The position numbers and the translations under genes were made by a program. A stretch of 64,000 nt of DNA, from positions 9,075-73,074 of IMG/VR virus record IMGVR_UViG_3300035130_000336; one strand, written 5' to 3'. Within the stretch, counting starts at the first letter, position 1. Every line of letters begins with the position of its first letter. The notes under the pieces were generated by a model. The model did no database searches. It was given only the letters and a program-made list of their open reading frames with translations, and was not told where the DNA came from. Positions 9,770 through 19,965 of the stretch are shown here, piece after piece. The DNA is from a virus. Lineage: Duplodnaviria; Caudoviricetes.

Positions 9770-10678
9770 ATGCTTGTGGCCGGAGTACAGACAGGACAAA
9801 TGAGGGGAGCCTCTGCAAGGATAAGATACTACACGTTTATGAAATATCTTAAATGTGACAAAACTGATAATTTGGAAGAAGCTGATGTTGTTTATTTTCA
9901 AAAAAAATCTTCCAAAGATATTATTAAATTAGCGTGGGAATTAAAACATAAAGGGAAAAAAATAGTTTACGATTGTGATGATGGGGATGGGAAAAGGGAC
10001 AGAAAAAATAGAAACGATTCTGCAATGTTTGAAGTTGCTGATGTTATTACAACCGATACTGAAGAAAGGGCGAAAGAATTTAGAAAAAAAACCGACACAA
10101 TAGTTTGTGTAGTTCCGGATTGTATTGATTATAATATAGATAGAAATGAACATAAAATAATACATCCGGAAATTATAACAATAGGAACATTTGGAACACA
10201 CAAAGTTCTTGAATCAACATTTAATAAAATCAAACTACTACCTAAATTTAAAAATCAATATTACATTACTGATAGAAAAATATCAAGCTATAACAAACAT
10301 GGATGGAAATTGATATTGTGGAATGTTGATACGTTTATAAAAAATATAAAGAAGTTTGATTTATGCGTATTGCTGCATTCTGAAAACAAACTTGGAGAAC
10401 TTAAATCAAATAACAGGTTACTTGTATGTATGGCCCTTGGATTACCCACAATAGTTTCAAATACATGTGCATATGCGGAAACTATGTTTTTTGCCGGTCT
10501 TGATCACTGTATTATATCAGGAAAAGCAAAAAAAACAATTTCAATGTTGTTAAAATATAAAACAAGGATAATCTGTTCCGATAAAATGCATAATTATGTT
10601 TGGAGCGTTTATTCTCCGGAAAGATCTGCTGAACGATTGGAGTTTATATTTAGGAGATTATATGATTCAAGTCTTTAA
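9770..10678 (+). CDS. Putative GT-B glycosyltransferase
   Basis: 'ASARIR', 'VYDCDD', 'KSNNRLLVCMALGLPTI'. Confidence 0.65.
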   Translation: MLVAGVQTGQMRGASARIRYYTFMKYLKCDKTDNLEEADVVYFQKKSSKDIIKLAWELKHKGKKIVYDCDDGDGKRDRKNRNDSAMFEVADVITTDTEERAKEFRKKTDTIVCVVPDCIDYNIDRNEHKIIHPEIITIGTFGTHKVLESTFNKIKLLPKFKNQYYITDRKISSYNKHGWKLILWNVDTFIKNIKKFDLCVLLHSENKLGELKSNNRLLVCMALGLPTIVSNTCAYAETMFFAGLDHCIISGKAKKTISMLLKYKTRIICSDKMHNYVWSVYSPERSAERLEFIFRRLYDSSL

Positions 10679-11780
10679 GCCATTGTTAAGAGTAGAAGAA
10701 ATAATGCCTGAAATAGAAAAGGCGTTAAAAAGTGGATGGATAGGATTAGGACCGAAAGTATCTGAATTTGAAGAGAGAATCGTTCAATTTATATCAGGGA
10801 GAACAAATCCGGATTTGTATTGTTGTGCATTGAATAGTTGCACTTCCGCGCTTCATTTGGCGGTTAAATTTCTCAATCTTCCTGAGAAATCAATGATTAT
10901 AACGACTCCGATAACTTTTGTTTCTACTAATCATGCAATATTATATGAGAATCATATTCCTGTTTTTTGTGATGTTGAACCAAAGACGGGAAATATAAAT
11001 GTTGACAGTATTTCAAAAGCAATAAAAGAATATAAAATAAGTGCGATTATGGTTGTTCATATTGGCGGTTATCCGTGTGAAATGGAAAAAATAAATGAAA
11101 TAGCGAAAAATGCGGATATACCGATTATAGAAGATTGCGCTCATGCATTCGGATCTTGTTATGATCCATGGACGTATGTAGGTAATTCAAATAATATATG
11201 TTGTTTTTCTTTTCATGCTGTAAAGAATCTTCCTGTCGGAGATGGAGGAGCGATAGTATCAAAAAATAAAGAATTAATAAATTGGTGCAAAAAACAGCGT
11301 TGGCTTGGGATAGATAAAGATACGATAAGCAGAAGCAAAGATGGCTATTCTTGGGAATATGAAGTTGAAAATATGGGATATAAATATCATATGTCGGATA
11401 TTGCAGCTATTATAGGAATAGAACAGCTGAAATTGCTTGATGAAGATAATGTATGGAGGAGTTATATCGTATCATTATATAATTTTTACATGTCTGAATT
11501 TATTGGCAGACCGGCATATTGTCGTAACAAGCAAAGCAGTTATCATTTTTACCCGATGTTTTTTAAAAACAGAGATGAAGTATATAAAAGATACGTTGAA
11601 AACGGTGTTTATTGCGGTATGCATTATAAAATGAATACTAATTATAAACCGTATAAAAATTTTCCTAAAATGGATTTGTCCGGCGCAAAAGAGTATGAAA
11701 GTACGGAATTGACATTACCTTTGCATTTGGGGCTTACTGAAAAAGATGTAAAATTTATTGCCGATATAATGATTTTATGA
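10662..11780 (+). CDS. DegT/DnrJ/EryC1/StrS PLP-dependent sugar aminotransferase
   Basis: AGGAG RBS; 'NSCTSALHLA', 'IIEDCAHA', 'FSFHAVKNL...GDGG'. Confidence 0.92.
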   Translation: MIQVFKPLLRVEEIMPEIEKALKSGWIGLGPKVSEFEERIVQFISGRTNPDLYCCALNSCTSALHLAVKFLNLPEKSMIITTPITFVSTNHAILYENHIPVFCDVEPKTGNINVDSISKAIKEYKISAIMVVHIGGYPCEMEKINEIAKNADIPIIEDCAHAFGSCYDPWTYVGNSNNICCFSFHAVKNLPVGDGGAIVSKNKELINWCKKQRWLGIDKDTISRSKDGYSWEYEVENMGYKYHMSDIAAIIGIEQLKLLDEDNVWRSYIVSLYNFYMSEFIGRPAYCRNKQSSYHFYPMFFKNRDEVYKRYVENGVYCGMHYKMNTNYKPYKNFPKMDLSGAKEYESTELTLPLHLGLTEKDVKFIADIMIL

Positions 11781-12706
11781 AACTTGCCATACGATACGAA
11801 AAAAATTCAACCGGCAAAAGCAAATTCATACAACGGCTTATTCCGGCATTGCAAAGACTTGGAATAGAGATCGTGAAAACACGACCTGATATTACTCTCG
11901 GGTTGCAATACTGGAAAGATAAACCTCATGGTAAAGCTATTATACGGGTTGATGGTATTCATATTGAAAAAGATGAAAAATATAGTTGGCGTAGGCATCT
12001 GATTAAAGACGCCATTAAGAAATCCGATGGCGTAATATTTCAGTCAAAATTCGCTTATGATATATTGACGCAAATATTGAATGTACACGGTAAAAAGGAA
12101 TTTATTATATATAATGGCGCTTCACCGGATGATTATAAAGTTAAACCCATAAAATCACCGTATGAAAAGAATATTATTATATCCGGACGTTATGCTACGG
12201 ATAAGGTAAGACCGCATAAACGTATAAAAGAAATGGTTGAAATAGCGAAAAGTTATGTCAAAAAACATGATAATGTCCGTTTCTGGTTTCTTGGAAAGAC
12301 AATGGGAGAACATTCAGAAAATTTACAAATAAAATATACCGGTGATTTGGATGAGAAAAAAATAAAACGGTATCTTGTAATGGCTGATGTTATGTTGAGT
12401 ATAGGTTATTGGGATTGGTGTCCGAACAGCGTGGTTGAAGCTCTTGTCGCGGGATGTCCGGTAATATGCGGCAATCATGGAGGAGTACCGGAAATAGTTA
12501 AAGATTGCGGGATGATATTGTCGATAGATTCGGTGCCGTTAAAACCGAAATTGCAGAAAAATAAACCTCCAGAAATAAGAACCGATCTTGTGATAGAAGC
12601 ATTGGATTTAATTTTTAATTCACCAATGAAACCGGTTAACGCGGAACATCTTTATATAGATCGCATAGCGCAACAATATAAAACCGCTTTTGAGGATATT
12701 CTGTAA
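11777..12706 (+). CDS. GT4-like glycosyltransferase
   Basis: 'DWCPNSVVEALVAGCPVI...GGVPEIV'. Confidence 0.85.
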   Translation: MKLAIRYEKNSTGKSKFIQRLIPALQRLGIEIVKTRPDITLGLQYWKDKPHGKAIIRVDGIHIEKDEKYSWRRHLIKDAIKKSDGVIFQSKFAYDILTQILNVHGKKEFIIYNGASPDDYKVKPIKSPYEKNIIISGRYATDKVRPHKRIKEMVEIAKSYVKKHDNVRFWFLGKTMGEHSENLQIKYTGDLDEKKIKRYLVMADVMLSIGYWDWCPNSVVEALVAGCPVICGNHGGVPEIVKDCGMILSIDSVPLKPKLQKNKPPEIRTDLVIEALDLIFNSPMKPVNAEHLYIDRIAQQYKTAFEDIL

Positions 12707-13293
12707 TGACCATTATAATGCCTAAAAAGATATTATGGAAGGATACCGACATATCCAGTATTCAGCAGTTTATTAAAAAAAAACAAGGTGCCGCCGATAA
12801 TGAAATAAGAAAGAAGAATTGCAGAACCAGAATAATCAGAACTTATTTGAAATCGCTTGTTGATAAAGAAAAAATAACATGTAACTTCAGGCTTGTCGAT
12901 TTGTTTTGCGGTGATGCCATTATAATTACTTATTTGAAAAAATATTTTAAAACGGCTGAAATAATCGGAGTTGATATAAACAGATTTGATACTCATGAGG
13001 AAGCTAAAAAATCAGGTGTTGAAATCAAATATAAATATGTGCAGAAATATATTAAAACAAGACGTGAAAAAATAGACGTTTTATTGATGTTAAATACATA
13101 TAGAAATTATTCTTTATCAGGAATGACAAAACGTGAATTTGACAAAATAAATAAATGGATGTTAAAAACTTGCAGACATGCAATTATAACCGCAAAAAAT
13201 ATAAAGCGAATTAAAAAATATGGATTTAAACCCTTAATAATAGGTAAAGGTGAAGGAAATTCAATGATGATTGATTTAAAAGGCGTTGAGTAA
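12706..13293 (+). CDS. Putative SAM-dependent methyltransferase
   Basis: 'LVDLFCGDA', 'IIGVDIN'. Confidence 0.6.
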   Translation: MTIIMPKKILWKDTDISSIQQFIKKKQGAADNEIRKKNCRTRIIRTYLKSLVDKEKITCNFRLVDLFCGDAIIITYLKKYFKTAEIIGVDINRFDTHEEAKKSGVEIKYKYVQKYIKTRREKIDVLLMLNTYRNYSLSGMTKREFDKINKWMLKTCRHAIITAKNIKRIKKYGFKPLIIGKGEGNSMMIDLKGVE

Positions 13294-13760
13294 TGAGTCA
13301 ATCAAAAATAGAGATAATAAAAAAATGCGTTTGTAAACAATATTATGATAACAAAAAAAATAGGCTTTCTTCGGTAAAAATGGAATTGGCGATGATTGAT
13401 CGTTTTAAAAGTCGTCATGCTCCAGAAATTATAAGTCGATTTGATAACGGTTATTATATGAAACGCTATGATTATGCTCTTGGAACGACTAAAAAATTAA
13501 ATCGTTTTTGTCCGAACTTTTTGGATGAAATCAATGAAATTGAACGGGATTTAATAAATAGTAGAATTAATCATCGGGATATCAATCCCGGTAATTTACT
13601 GTATTGTGAAGACGAACATTCTTTGATCTTGATAGATTTTTATTGGGCGATTTCATTAGAAATGTCAAAAATAAGAATCGGTAAGTTGAATAAATATTAC
13701 GGAAATGATCGTGATGCGTTTGAAAGGTTAAGAAGAGAATATGGGAAAAACCATTTATAA
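13293..13760 (+). CDS. Kinase-like protein (RIO/Kdo/APH-type fold)
   Basis: 'HRDINPGNLL' catalytic loop and 'LIDF'. Confidence 0.75.
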   Translation: MSQSKIEIIKKCVCKQYYDNKKNRLSSVKMELAMIDRFKSRHAPEIISRFDNGYYMKRYDYALGTTKKLNRFCPNFLDEINEIERDLINSRINHRDINPGNLLYCEDEHSLILIDFYWAISLEMSKIRIGKLNKYYGNDRDAFERLRREYGKNHL

Positions 13761-14658
13761 TTTGGCAAAAGCCCAAATTGATAATTACTGCATATTTCCT
13801 GAAAGGCTTACTATAGAAAAAGATGATGAATATCATTTGCATTATCGAAGTCTTCGTATAGCATTTACCATGCAAGAATATAAAGATTTTCTCAGTTTAA
13901 TGAGATACAATCCAGAAGATAAAAAGAGTATTTTCTTGAAGAAAGTGATAACTTCTAAAGACGATGTGATAAATAAAAATGATCTTGTGATTGAATACAA
14001 TAAAAATACTTACATAAAGCACCGCAACGATTCGGCAAAGGAAGCGGATTTTTTTGAAGAGAAATATTATATCCACGTTCATTACCGCAATATTAGGCTT
14101 GAGTTTCCGATAAAAGAGTTTGTTCAAGTCGCACAAACATTTGAAACAGCACGAAAGTCGTTACCGATAAAAACCATTCAAGATATGTTTTCAGTTATTG
14201 ATGATGTTTCATATGTTGTAATAAGAAATTTTGATAATTTGCCTGATTCCATAAAATTCGGGCAGCATAGCGATCTTGATTTGCTTTTTGCATCAAAAGC
14301 CGATGTTGACAAATTTATTAAACTCACGCATGCCGAAAAAACATTTAAAGAAGAATATCGTGTACAGCATAAAGTAACTATTGGTAACGATTATATTCTT
14401 TGTGATTTGAGAGTGATAGGGGATGATTATTTTCCATTATCCTTATGCGTTGATATGATAAACAACAGAATTCGGTGTAAATGTTTTTGGGTTTCTTCAG
14501 AACCTTGGCATTCAATAGCTTTGACATATCATGCCTATATTCACAAAAAAAACATGACTGATGATTATCGAAAAAGGATAATATGCTCAAAAAATGATAT
14601 ACGAACAATGTTTGAAACAACTAAACCTAAAGACAGATCGGTTTATTATAATCCATGA
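13741..14658 (+). CDS. Hypothetical protein with duplicated N-terminal motif and nucleotidyltransferase-like C-terminal domain
   Basis: 'HLHYRSLRI' and 'HVHYRNIRL' repeat; 'YVVIRNF..LP...SDLDLL'. Confidence 0.5.
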   Translation: MGKTIYNLAKAQIDNYCIFPERLTIEKDDEYHLHYRSLRIAFTMQEYKDFLSLMRYNPEDKKSIFLKKVITSKDDVINKNDLVIEYNKNTYIKHRNDSAKEADFFEEKYYIHVHYRNIRLEFPIKEFVQVAQTFETARKSLPIKTIQDMFSVIDDVSYVVIRNFDNLPDSIKFGQHSDLDLLFASKADVDKFIKLTHAEKTFKEEYRVQHKVTIGNDYILCDLRVIGDDYFPLSLCVDMINNRIRCKCFWVSSEPWHSIALTYHAYIHKKNMTDDYRKRIICSKNDIRTMFETTKPKDRSVYYNP

Positions 14659-15263
14659 TAACCAAAAAAGAGTATAAAAAAATATCTTCCAGATGGACCG
14701 GAAAAATATATCAGAAATGGAAGAAAATAAAAAAGAGGTTTCCCATGATAGAACAACATATTGAATTTTTTAAAGACGCAAAAGTTCTTGAACTTGGAGC
14801 GAACGCGGGAATGTATGCTTTTCTTTTATACCATTATATAAAAAAATATATCGGCATTGAATTTGATGAACATTATTACAATCAATCGCTTCATACGCTC
14901 AAAGGGAAAATGGATGTTACCCTGATAAAAGATAAATTTGAAAACATCGATATCGAGGTATTGGATTATGATTTGTTTTTTGTCTGTTATGTGCTTCACC
15001 ATTTAAATGAAAAGGAAATTAACAAGCTCAATGTAATATTTGATAAATGCAATAAAGTCGCGATCAGTACGAGAAGCGGCGATCCGCTTAAATACGGTCA
15101 TGATGAAATCGGATTCGATCCTCTGCCGAAATGGGAGAACAGCAGAATAAAGAAAATGCTAGATGAACACGGCTTTAAGAGCGAATTGCATCTTATGGGA
15201 AAACATGATTATAACGGTATTTATTTGATATTGGCGGAGAAAAATGATAACAATCAAGGGTAA
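14655..15263 (+). CDS. Class I SAM-dependent methyltransferase
   Basis: 'VLELGANAG', 'YVLHHL'. Confidence 0.8.
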   Translation: MITKKEYKKISSRWTGKIYQKWKKIKKRFPMIEQHIEFFKDAKVLELGANAGMYAFLLYHYIKKYIGIEFDEHYYNQSLHTLKGKMDVTLIKDKFENIDIEVLDYDLFFVCYVLHHLNEKEINKLNVIFDKCNKVAISTRSGDPLKYGHDEIGFDPLPKWENSRIKKMLDEHGFKSELHLMGKHDYNGIYLILAEKNDNNQG

Positions 15264-15837
15264 AGCGAAAAAAATTCCAAAAAAGAAATATAAATGTCCG
15301 AATGACGGTATTCACCGGAAAAAGGAGAGCGGAGGAATTCGCGGGTTTTGGGCGGCGAAGATTTCCGATACATACATATATTATGGCAATTGGTCTTATT
15401 ATATAAAACATATGGATTTCGGATTGAAGGTTTTTTATTCATTGAAATTCAATAAACCGACGAAAACAATCAAGGATGTCAAATCAACGGTGAACATGAT
15501 GGTTGATTTGAAAGAATTCTGTCCAAAAATTTATTGTTACGATATAATAGAAACCGATATCAAATTCGATAAAAGAGTATGTCGTTCGGCTTCTCACGCC
15601 GTCTATATGCAACATATACATTTTTCCGAAAAAGCTTGGTTGAATTTCGCCAAAGGGAAACCGTATGATTGGAGTGCCGACAATCATCCGGCGCATTCGG
15701 AAGTGGGATTTATTGAATTTCGGAATCGGCTTGAAGATGTCGTTAAAGATATTAATTATGATTTCGATCATTTTTCAATAGGTAATATTGTATGGTGTAC
15801 AGTTAATAAACGCTGGTATTTGGTGGATGTAAGATGA
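15244..15837 (+). CDS. Hypothetical kinase-like protein
   Basis: 'GLKVF', 'DHFSIGNIV...YLVD' resemble kinase motifs; paralog of 5661-6260. Confidence 0.55.
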   Translation: MITIKGKAKKIPKKKYKCPNDGIHRKKESGGIRGFWAAKISDTYIYYGNWSYYIKHMDFGLKVFYSLKFNKPTKTIKDVKSTVNMMVDLKEFCPKIYCYDIIETDIKFDKRVCRSASHAVYMQHIHFSEKAWLNFAKGKPYDWSADNHPAHSEVGFIEFRNRLEDVVKDINYDFDHFSIGNIVWCTVNKRWYLVDVR

Positions 15838-16463
15838 TTGTCGGTTTAATGGCATTGTGCAGATTTCCGTATTATGAGGGATGTTTATTATCGTTATGCA
15901 ATCTCGTGGATAAAGTATATCTGCGATTTGATGGGATAACCGGTAATGAAAAAATACGTGAAGTCGCTCCGTATATATGTGGAAATAAATTCGGCGAAAT
16001 GTTGGTAAGTTCTACTGTCTGGAATGCTTTTATATGGCGTGAAGAACTGTTGAGAATGCTTGATGATGTCAAACCGGAACTTGTTTTATTTCCCGATGAG
16101 GATGAAGTTTTCGGTCTTGGAATAGATGATGATTTAAAAAGATTTATAAAAAGTGATAAACAACAGCTTGCATTTAATTATCAATATCCGGCACCGACGA
16201 TAGATGGTTGGAAGCATAAAAAGCCTTATCCTTCAGAACCCCACATCAAGGCATATAAATGGAAGCCGGGATTGACATATATTCCATACAAAAAAAGAGC
16301 TAGTCTAAGTAATTATGGAAAATTTCACTATAAAATGGCGAAAAGTAAAATACTTCATTATTGTTTTTATACTCCGGAATTAAGAAAAAGAAAACTTTGG
16401 ACTACACCAGCTAAAAAGTTATGGTTTCGACAAGAAATGAAAGGGAGAAATGATGAAAAATAA
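15834..16463 (+). CDS. GT2-like glycosyltransferase
   Basis: 'LFPDEDE' DxD motif, 'ILHY'. Confidence 0.6.
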   Translation: MIVGLMALCRFPYYEGCLLSLCNLVDKVYLRFDGITGNEKIREVAPYICGNKFGEMLVSSTVWNAFIWREELLRMLDDVKPELVLFPDEDEVFGLGIDDDLKRFIKSDKQQLAFNYQYPAPTIDGWKHKKPYPSEPHIKAYKWKPGLTYIPYKKRASLSNYGKFHYKMAKSKILHYCFYTPELRKRKLWTTPAKKLWFRQEMKGRNDEK

Positions 16464-16590
16464 GGGTAATTATTCGGGAAAAGGTGGTCGTGGTATTTGT
16501 GGAGGACAGCGAAGAAAAGATGGTTCAGGCGGTGGTGTCGGGAATCGTGGTACAAATAGACAGCCGATTAGTAGGAATAATAAAAAATGA
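16450..16590 (+). CDS. Small Gly/Arg-rich peptide (46 aa), not in the ORF track
   Basis: GGGAG RBS; MMKNKGNYSGKGGRGICGGQRRKDGSGGGVGNRGTNRQPISRNNKK; ATGA overlap with next gene. Confidence 0.55.
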   Translation: MMKNKGNYSGKGGRGICGGQRRKDGSGGGVGNRGTNRQPISRNNKK

Positions 16591-17525
16591 ACTGGCTTTT
16601 TCTTCGTGGACGGATGGAACGGCATTCGGAATGTTTATGGCGAAATCTTGATGAATGTACCGATATGTGGACGCATCTGTTCGCGGGTATGATTGATGAA
16701 AATAATTCAGGAGTTATCTTATACGGTAACGGTCATAGAACCGTTAAATATTCTGATAAATTATGTGAAAAGTGGATTTTAAAATTCAAGGAATATGAAG
16801 GAGAGAAACCTGATATCATCATAGCTCGTGGTGGATTTAAAGACTATGTTCCGTTGTTGAAAAAATATCCTGAAGCGAAAAAAGTTTATTATGGTGCCAA
16901 TCATGGCTGTATTCCAAAAGATGGAATAAAATATGATTTGATTATGTGCGATAGTGAAGAACAGGTAAAGAAATGCCGTAAGCATGGATTGAACGGACAA
17001 CTATTTATTAAACCCGCCGCGCCGCAATTTTATCCTCGATTTTTTAAAAAAAAATATGATGTCGGATTTTCAGCCATATGGCCGAAGGATAAAAGAAAGA
17101 ATGTGGCTTGGGTGCATAAAACCGCTCCGAAGGATTTGAATATACTTCAGATGGGACATGCATGTAAAGCACCGAAAAATATTTTGGTAAAAATGATTGA
17201 TCATGATAAAATGCCGAGAGCGATATCACGATGCAAAGTAATTATCGCTCCTTATACTGGAGAGGATTCATGTCCGAGAATAATTCCGGAAGCTCTGGCT
17301 TGCGGAGTGCATGTAGTTGCTTTGCATGGGTGTCAGTATTGGCGTGAAAAATATCCGGTTGATTATATATCGAAAAAACATTTTTGGGAAACCGTTAAAA
17401 GATGCGTGAAGTATTATCAAAACAATTTGCATGATGATTATAAGGAAACTCTTTCCATACCGGTAGCGGCGGATTGTTTAAGGAGATTAATATATGAAAG
17501 TTGCGATATTCAGCGGCAGGTTTGA
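16587..17525 (+). CDS. GT-B glycosyltransferase
   Basis: 'EDSCPRIIPEALACG'. Confidence 0.7.
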   Translation: MNWLFLRGRMERHSECLWRNLDECTDMWTHLFAGMIDENNSGVILYGNGHRTVKYSDKLCEKWILKFKEYEGEKPDIIIARGGFKDYVPLLKKYPEAKKVYYGANHGCIPKDGIKYDLIMCDSEEQVKKCRKHGLNGQLFIKPAAPQFYPRFFKKKYDVGFSAIWPKDKRKNVAWVHKTAPKDLNILQMGHACKAPKNILVKMIDHDKMPRAISRCKVIIAPYTGEDSCPRIIPEALACGVHVVALHGCQYWREKYPVDYISKKHFWETVKRCVKYYQNNLHDDYKETLSIPVAADCLRRLIYESCDIQRQV

Positions 17526-17934
17526 TCCTTTACATATAGGACATATTCTTACTATAATTGAAATAGCGAAAAAATACGATCATGTATTTGTACCAATATT
17601 AAATTATTCAAATCGATTTATTGAAGTTGAAATAATTTTGAAAATATTTAAAAGAATTTTTGAACATATGGATAATCTTTTTTTTAAAGTAACTCTTATA
17701 GTAAATGAAATACATTTTGGAAAAATTACTTCTAAAGAATATAAAACATTAATTAGAAGTATTAATTGTGAAAATGATGATGTGACATATCTTTCCGGCA
17801 ATTTCGAAGTGCTTGATCATATGAATAAAATAGGAATAAAAAACGAATATTTTAAACGAACCATGGATGAAGTATATACGGGAACGAACATTCGTAATCA
17901 GATCAAAGATGGAGTATGTGAAGAATTTTTATAA
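17494..17934 (+). CDS. Cytidylyltransferase-like nucleotidyltransferase (HIGH superfamily)
   Basis: 'FSGRFDPLHIGH'. Confidence 0.85.
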   Translation: MKVAIFSGRFDPLHIGHILTIIEIAKKYDHVFVPILNYSNRFIEVEIILKIFKRIFEHMDNLFFKVTLIVNEIHFGKITSKEYKTLIRSINCENDDVTYLSGNFEVLDHMNKIGIKNEYFKRTMDEVYTGTNIRNQIKDGVCEEFL

Positions 17935-17952
17935 AATAAATTTGGAAAGAAA

Positions 17953-18660
17953 ATGCATATGAACAATCAAATCGAATCGGCGAAAAAGATACTTGATGAT
18001 TTGACAACGTTGTTTGATTTTCTGGAAACAAGCGATGGTAAATCCATATGGTGGTGTCATTGTTTCGGCGGTGTTCTCGAATTCATAGCGGATAAAACTT
18101 TTTCATTGAATTATGACATCGATATCGGGGTAATGTACGGGGAATGCGATGAAAATAAATTGATATATGCACTGGAAGGACATGGATATAAAGCCGAAAA
18201 AAAATGTATAAATGATGTTAATAAAAAATCGTTTAATATTCATTTTACTCCACGTGAAGAGACGTTGAAAGGGACGCCTACCGTGGATGTCTATTTTTGG
18301 GTTCCGATAGGAGATAAATATTATCATACGTATGATACGAAAAAAGAGGGAAACAAAATACCTTCCGAATATGTGTTCAAGGGTGTGAAAAAATGGTGGT
18401 TGAAACCTTCGCCCGAAATAATAAAAATGGAAAAAAACAAAGGTAAACCCGGACGGGAACAAATGCTTACGGATCAAGGTACGTGGAGGTTTCCGGTTTT
18501 TGGCAGTTCCGGCGGATTGACCATGAGGCTTCCTTATGCAATAGGACATTTGCTCGATACATGGTATTCACCGACGTGGAGATTCAGAGAATATTATAAA
18601 GGACAGAGCATGAGTCCGTGGGTGAAAAAAGTAAAATCTTGCAGGGAATTGGAACAATGA
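17953..18660 (+). CDS. LicD-family phosphotransferase
   Basis: 'FGGVLEFI...YDIDIG', 'VDVYF', 'LLDTWY...W'. Confidence 0.65.
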   Translation: MHMNNQIESAKKILDDLTTLFDFLETSDGKSIWWCHCFGGVLEFIADKTFSLNYDIDIGVMYGECDENKLIYALEGHGYKAEKKCINDVNKKSFNIHFTPREETLKGTPTVDVYFWVPIGDKYYHTYDTKKEGNKIPSEYVFKGVKKWWLKPSPEIIKMEKNKGKPGREQMLTDQGTWRFPVFGSSGGLTMRLPYAIGHLLDTWYSPTWRFREYYKGQSMSPWVKKVKSCRELEQ

Positions 18661-18932
18661 ATTTATGTGAAACCAATAAAGGCGCTGCCTTATATTGGGT
18701 TGAAAGATTCGGTTATGGTAAAGACTGCCGGAAATGTGAACATTATAACGATACATGTTGTTGTGAAATAGCCGATAGAATAATCAAGAAATTGGAAGAG
18801 CATAAAGGTTTTCTTTATAATATTCGCAAAAAAAAGAAGGTATATAGAATTACAGCCCAAGAATGCGACAGGTTCGATTTATGTACTTATCCTTATTCAA
18901 ACGAACTTTATTTAAAAGAAAATGATTTATGA
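18657..18932 (+). CDS. Cys-rich hypothetical protein
   Basis: ATGA overlaps at both ends; CxxC. Confidence 0.5.
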   Translation: MNLCETNKGAALYWVERFGYGKDCRKCEHYNDTCCCEIADRIIKKLEEHKGFLYNIRKKKKVYRITAQECDRFDLCTYPYSNELYLKENDL

Positions 18933-19234
18933 AGGAAAAAACAATTGAGATTTGTTTTTTTGGCACTGTTATTTTCTTAATTGTGTTACTAATTGGTGTA
19001 ACAATATATGGTGGCATGAGTGTTGAGAATAAAACAATAACAGTTACCGTTAAAGAAAAAATATATCAACCTAGTACTGAAGTTTTAATATTTGGACACC
19101 ATGAGGCTTACTACATTATATCTGAAGACAGTGCTGGAAATATGTATAAAACTAAGACCAATTATGCTACTTATGGTGAACTAAATCGAGGAGATGATAT
19201 TTATTTGGATGTAAATGTTAGTAAAGCAAGATAA
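18929..19234 (+). CDS. Membrane-anchored hypothetical protein
   Basis: N-terminal hydrophobic helix. Confidence 0.6.
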   Translation: MKEKTIEICFFGTVIFLIVLLIGVTIYGGMSVENKTITVTVKEKIYQPSTEVLIFGHHEAYYIISEDSAGNMYKTKTNYATYGELNRGDDIYLDVNVSKAR

Positions 19235-19256
19235 GTAAATACAATAAAAAAGGACA

Positions 19257-19943
19257 TTGATTTCAATGAGTTACTTCAATTACGATCGAAAAAGATGGGC
19301 TATTGAAGATATCGCGACTTGTTATGAATGTGCGGAGAAAGTGGGTATCAAAGAAAAGCTGTTCATCAATTTCGGTTTGTTATTGGGAATCATAAGAGAA
19401 AATGATTTTATTCCAAATGATGATGATGTCGATATTTGCGTGCAATCCGATAATGTTTCAAAAAGGCAACAGGAAGAGTATATCAATCGTCTGGATGATC
19501 ATGGATTGTTTTTCGCACGGGAAAAAAAGGTAAAGCGATTTGATAAAGATATGTATTTATGGTTTTCGTTGAGAAAAGAAATCAATAGATCAAAATTTTG
19601 CCATTGGTGGGGATTTAATTGGCAAGGTTATTATTGGTGGTCTAAAGGAAGAAAATGGGTGCGTCCGAATAAATTTGATGGATCACGATGGGGATATGAA
19701 GATACTGATGAAGGAATTGCCTTAGGAATACCGTTAAATTATGTTGAAAAATTAATGTGGATTAAATTCAAAGGAATTAAAATTCAAATTCCTGAAAAAT
19801 ACGGGCATGTTTTGGATTGGGAATATCCGGGATGGCCGGTACCGCAATCGGGAAGCAGCAGAAAACAGGTTGCATGCATCATACCAAAATGGAATAATCC
19901 GCGAGATTGGAAGATAAAAACCGCTTCTTTATCTTTGTATTAA
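19257..19943 (+). CDS. LicD-family phosphotransferase
   Basis: 'FGLLLGIIRENDFIPNDDDVDI' is the LicD signature. Confidence 0.85.
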   Translation: MISMSYFNYDRKRWAIEDIATCYECAEKVGIKEKLFINFGLLLGIIRENDFIPNDDDVDICVQSDNVSKRQQEEYINRLDDHGLFFAREKKVKRFDKDMYLWFSLRKEINRSKFCHWWGFNWQGYYWWSKGRKWVRPNKFDGSRWGYEDTDEGIALGIPLNYVEKLMWIKFKGIKIQIPEKYGHVLDWEYPGWPVPQSGSSRKQVACIIPKWNNPRDWKIKTASLSLY

Positions 19944-19965
19944 TATTTTTTTGTTTTTATTAACG

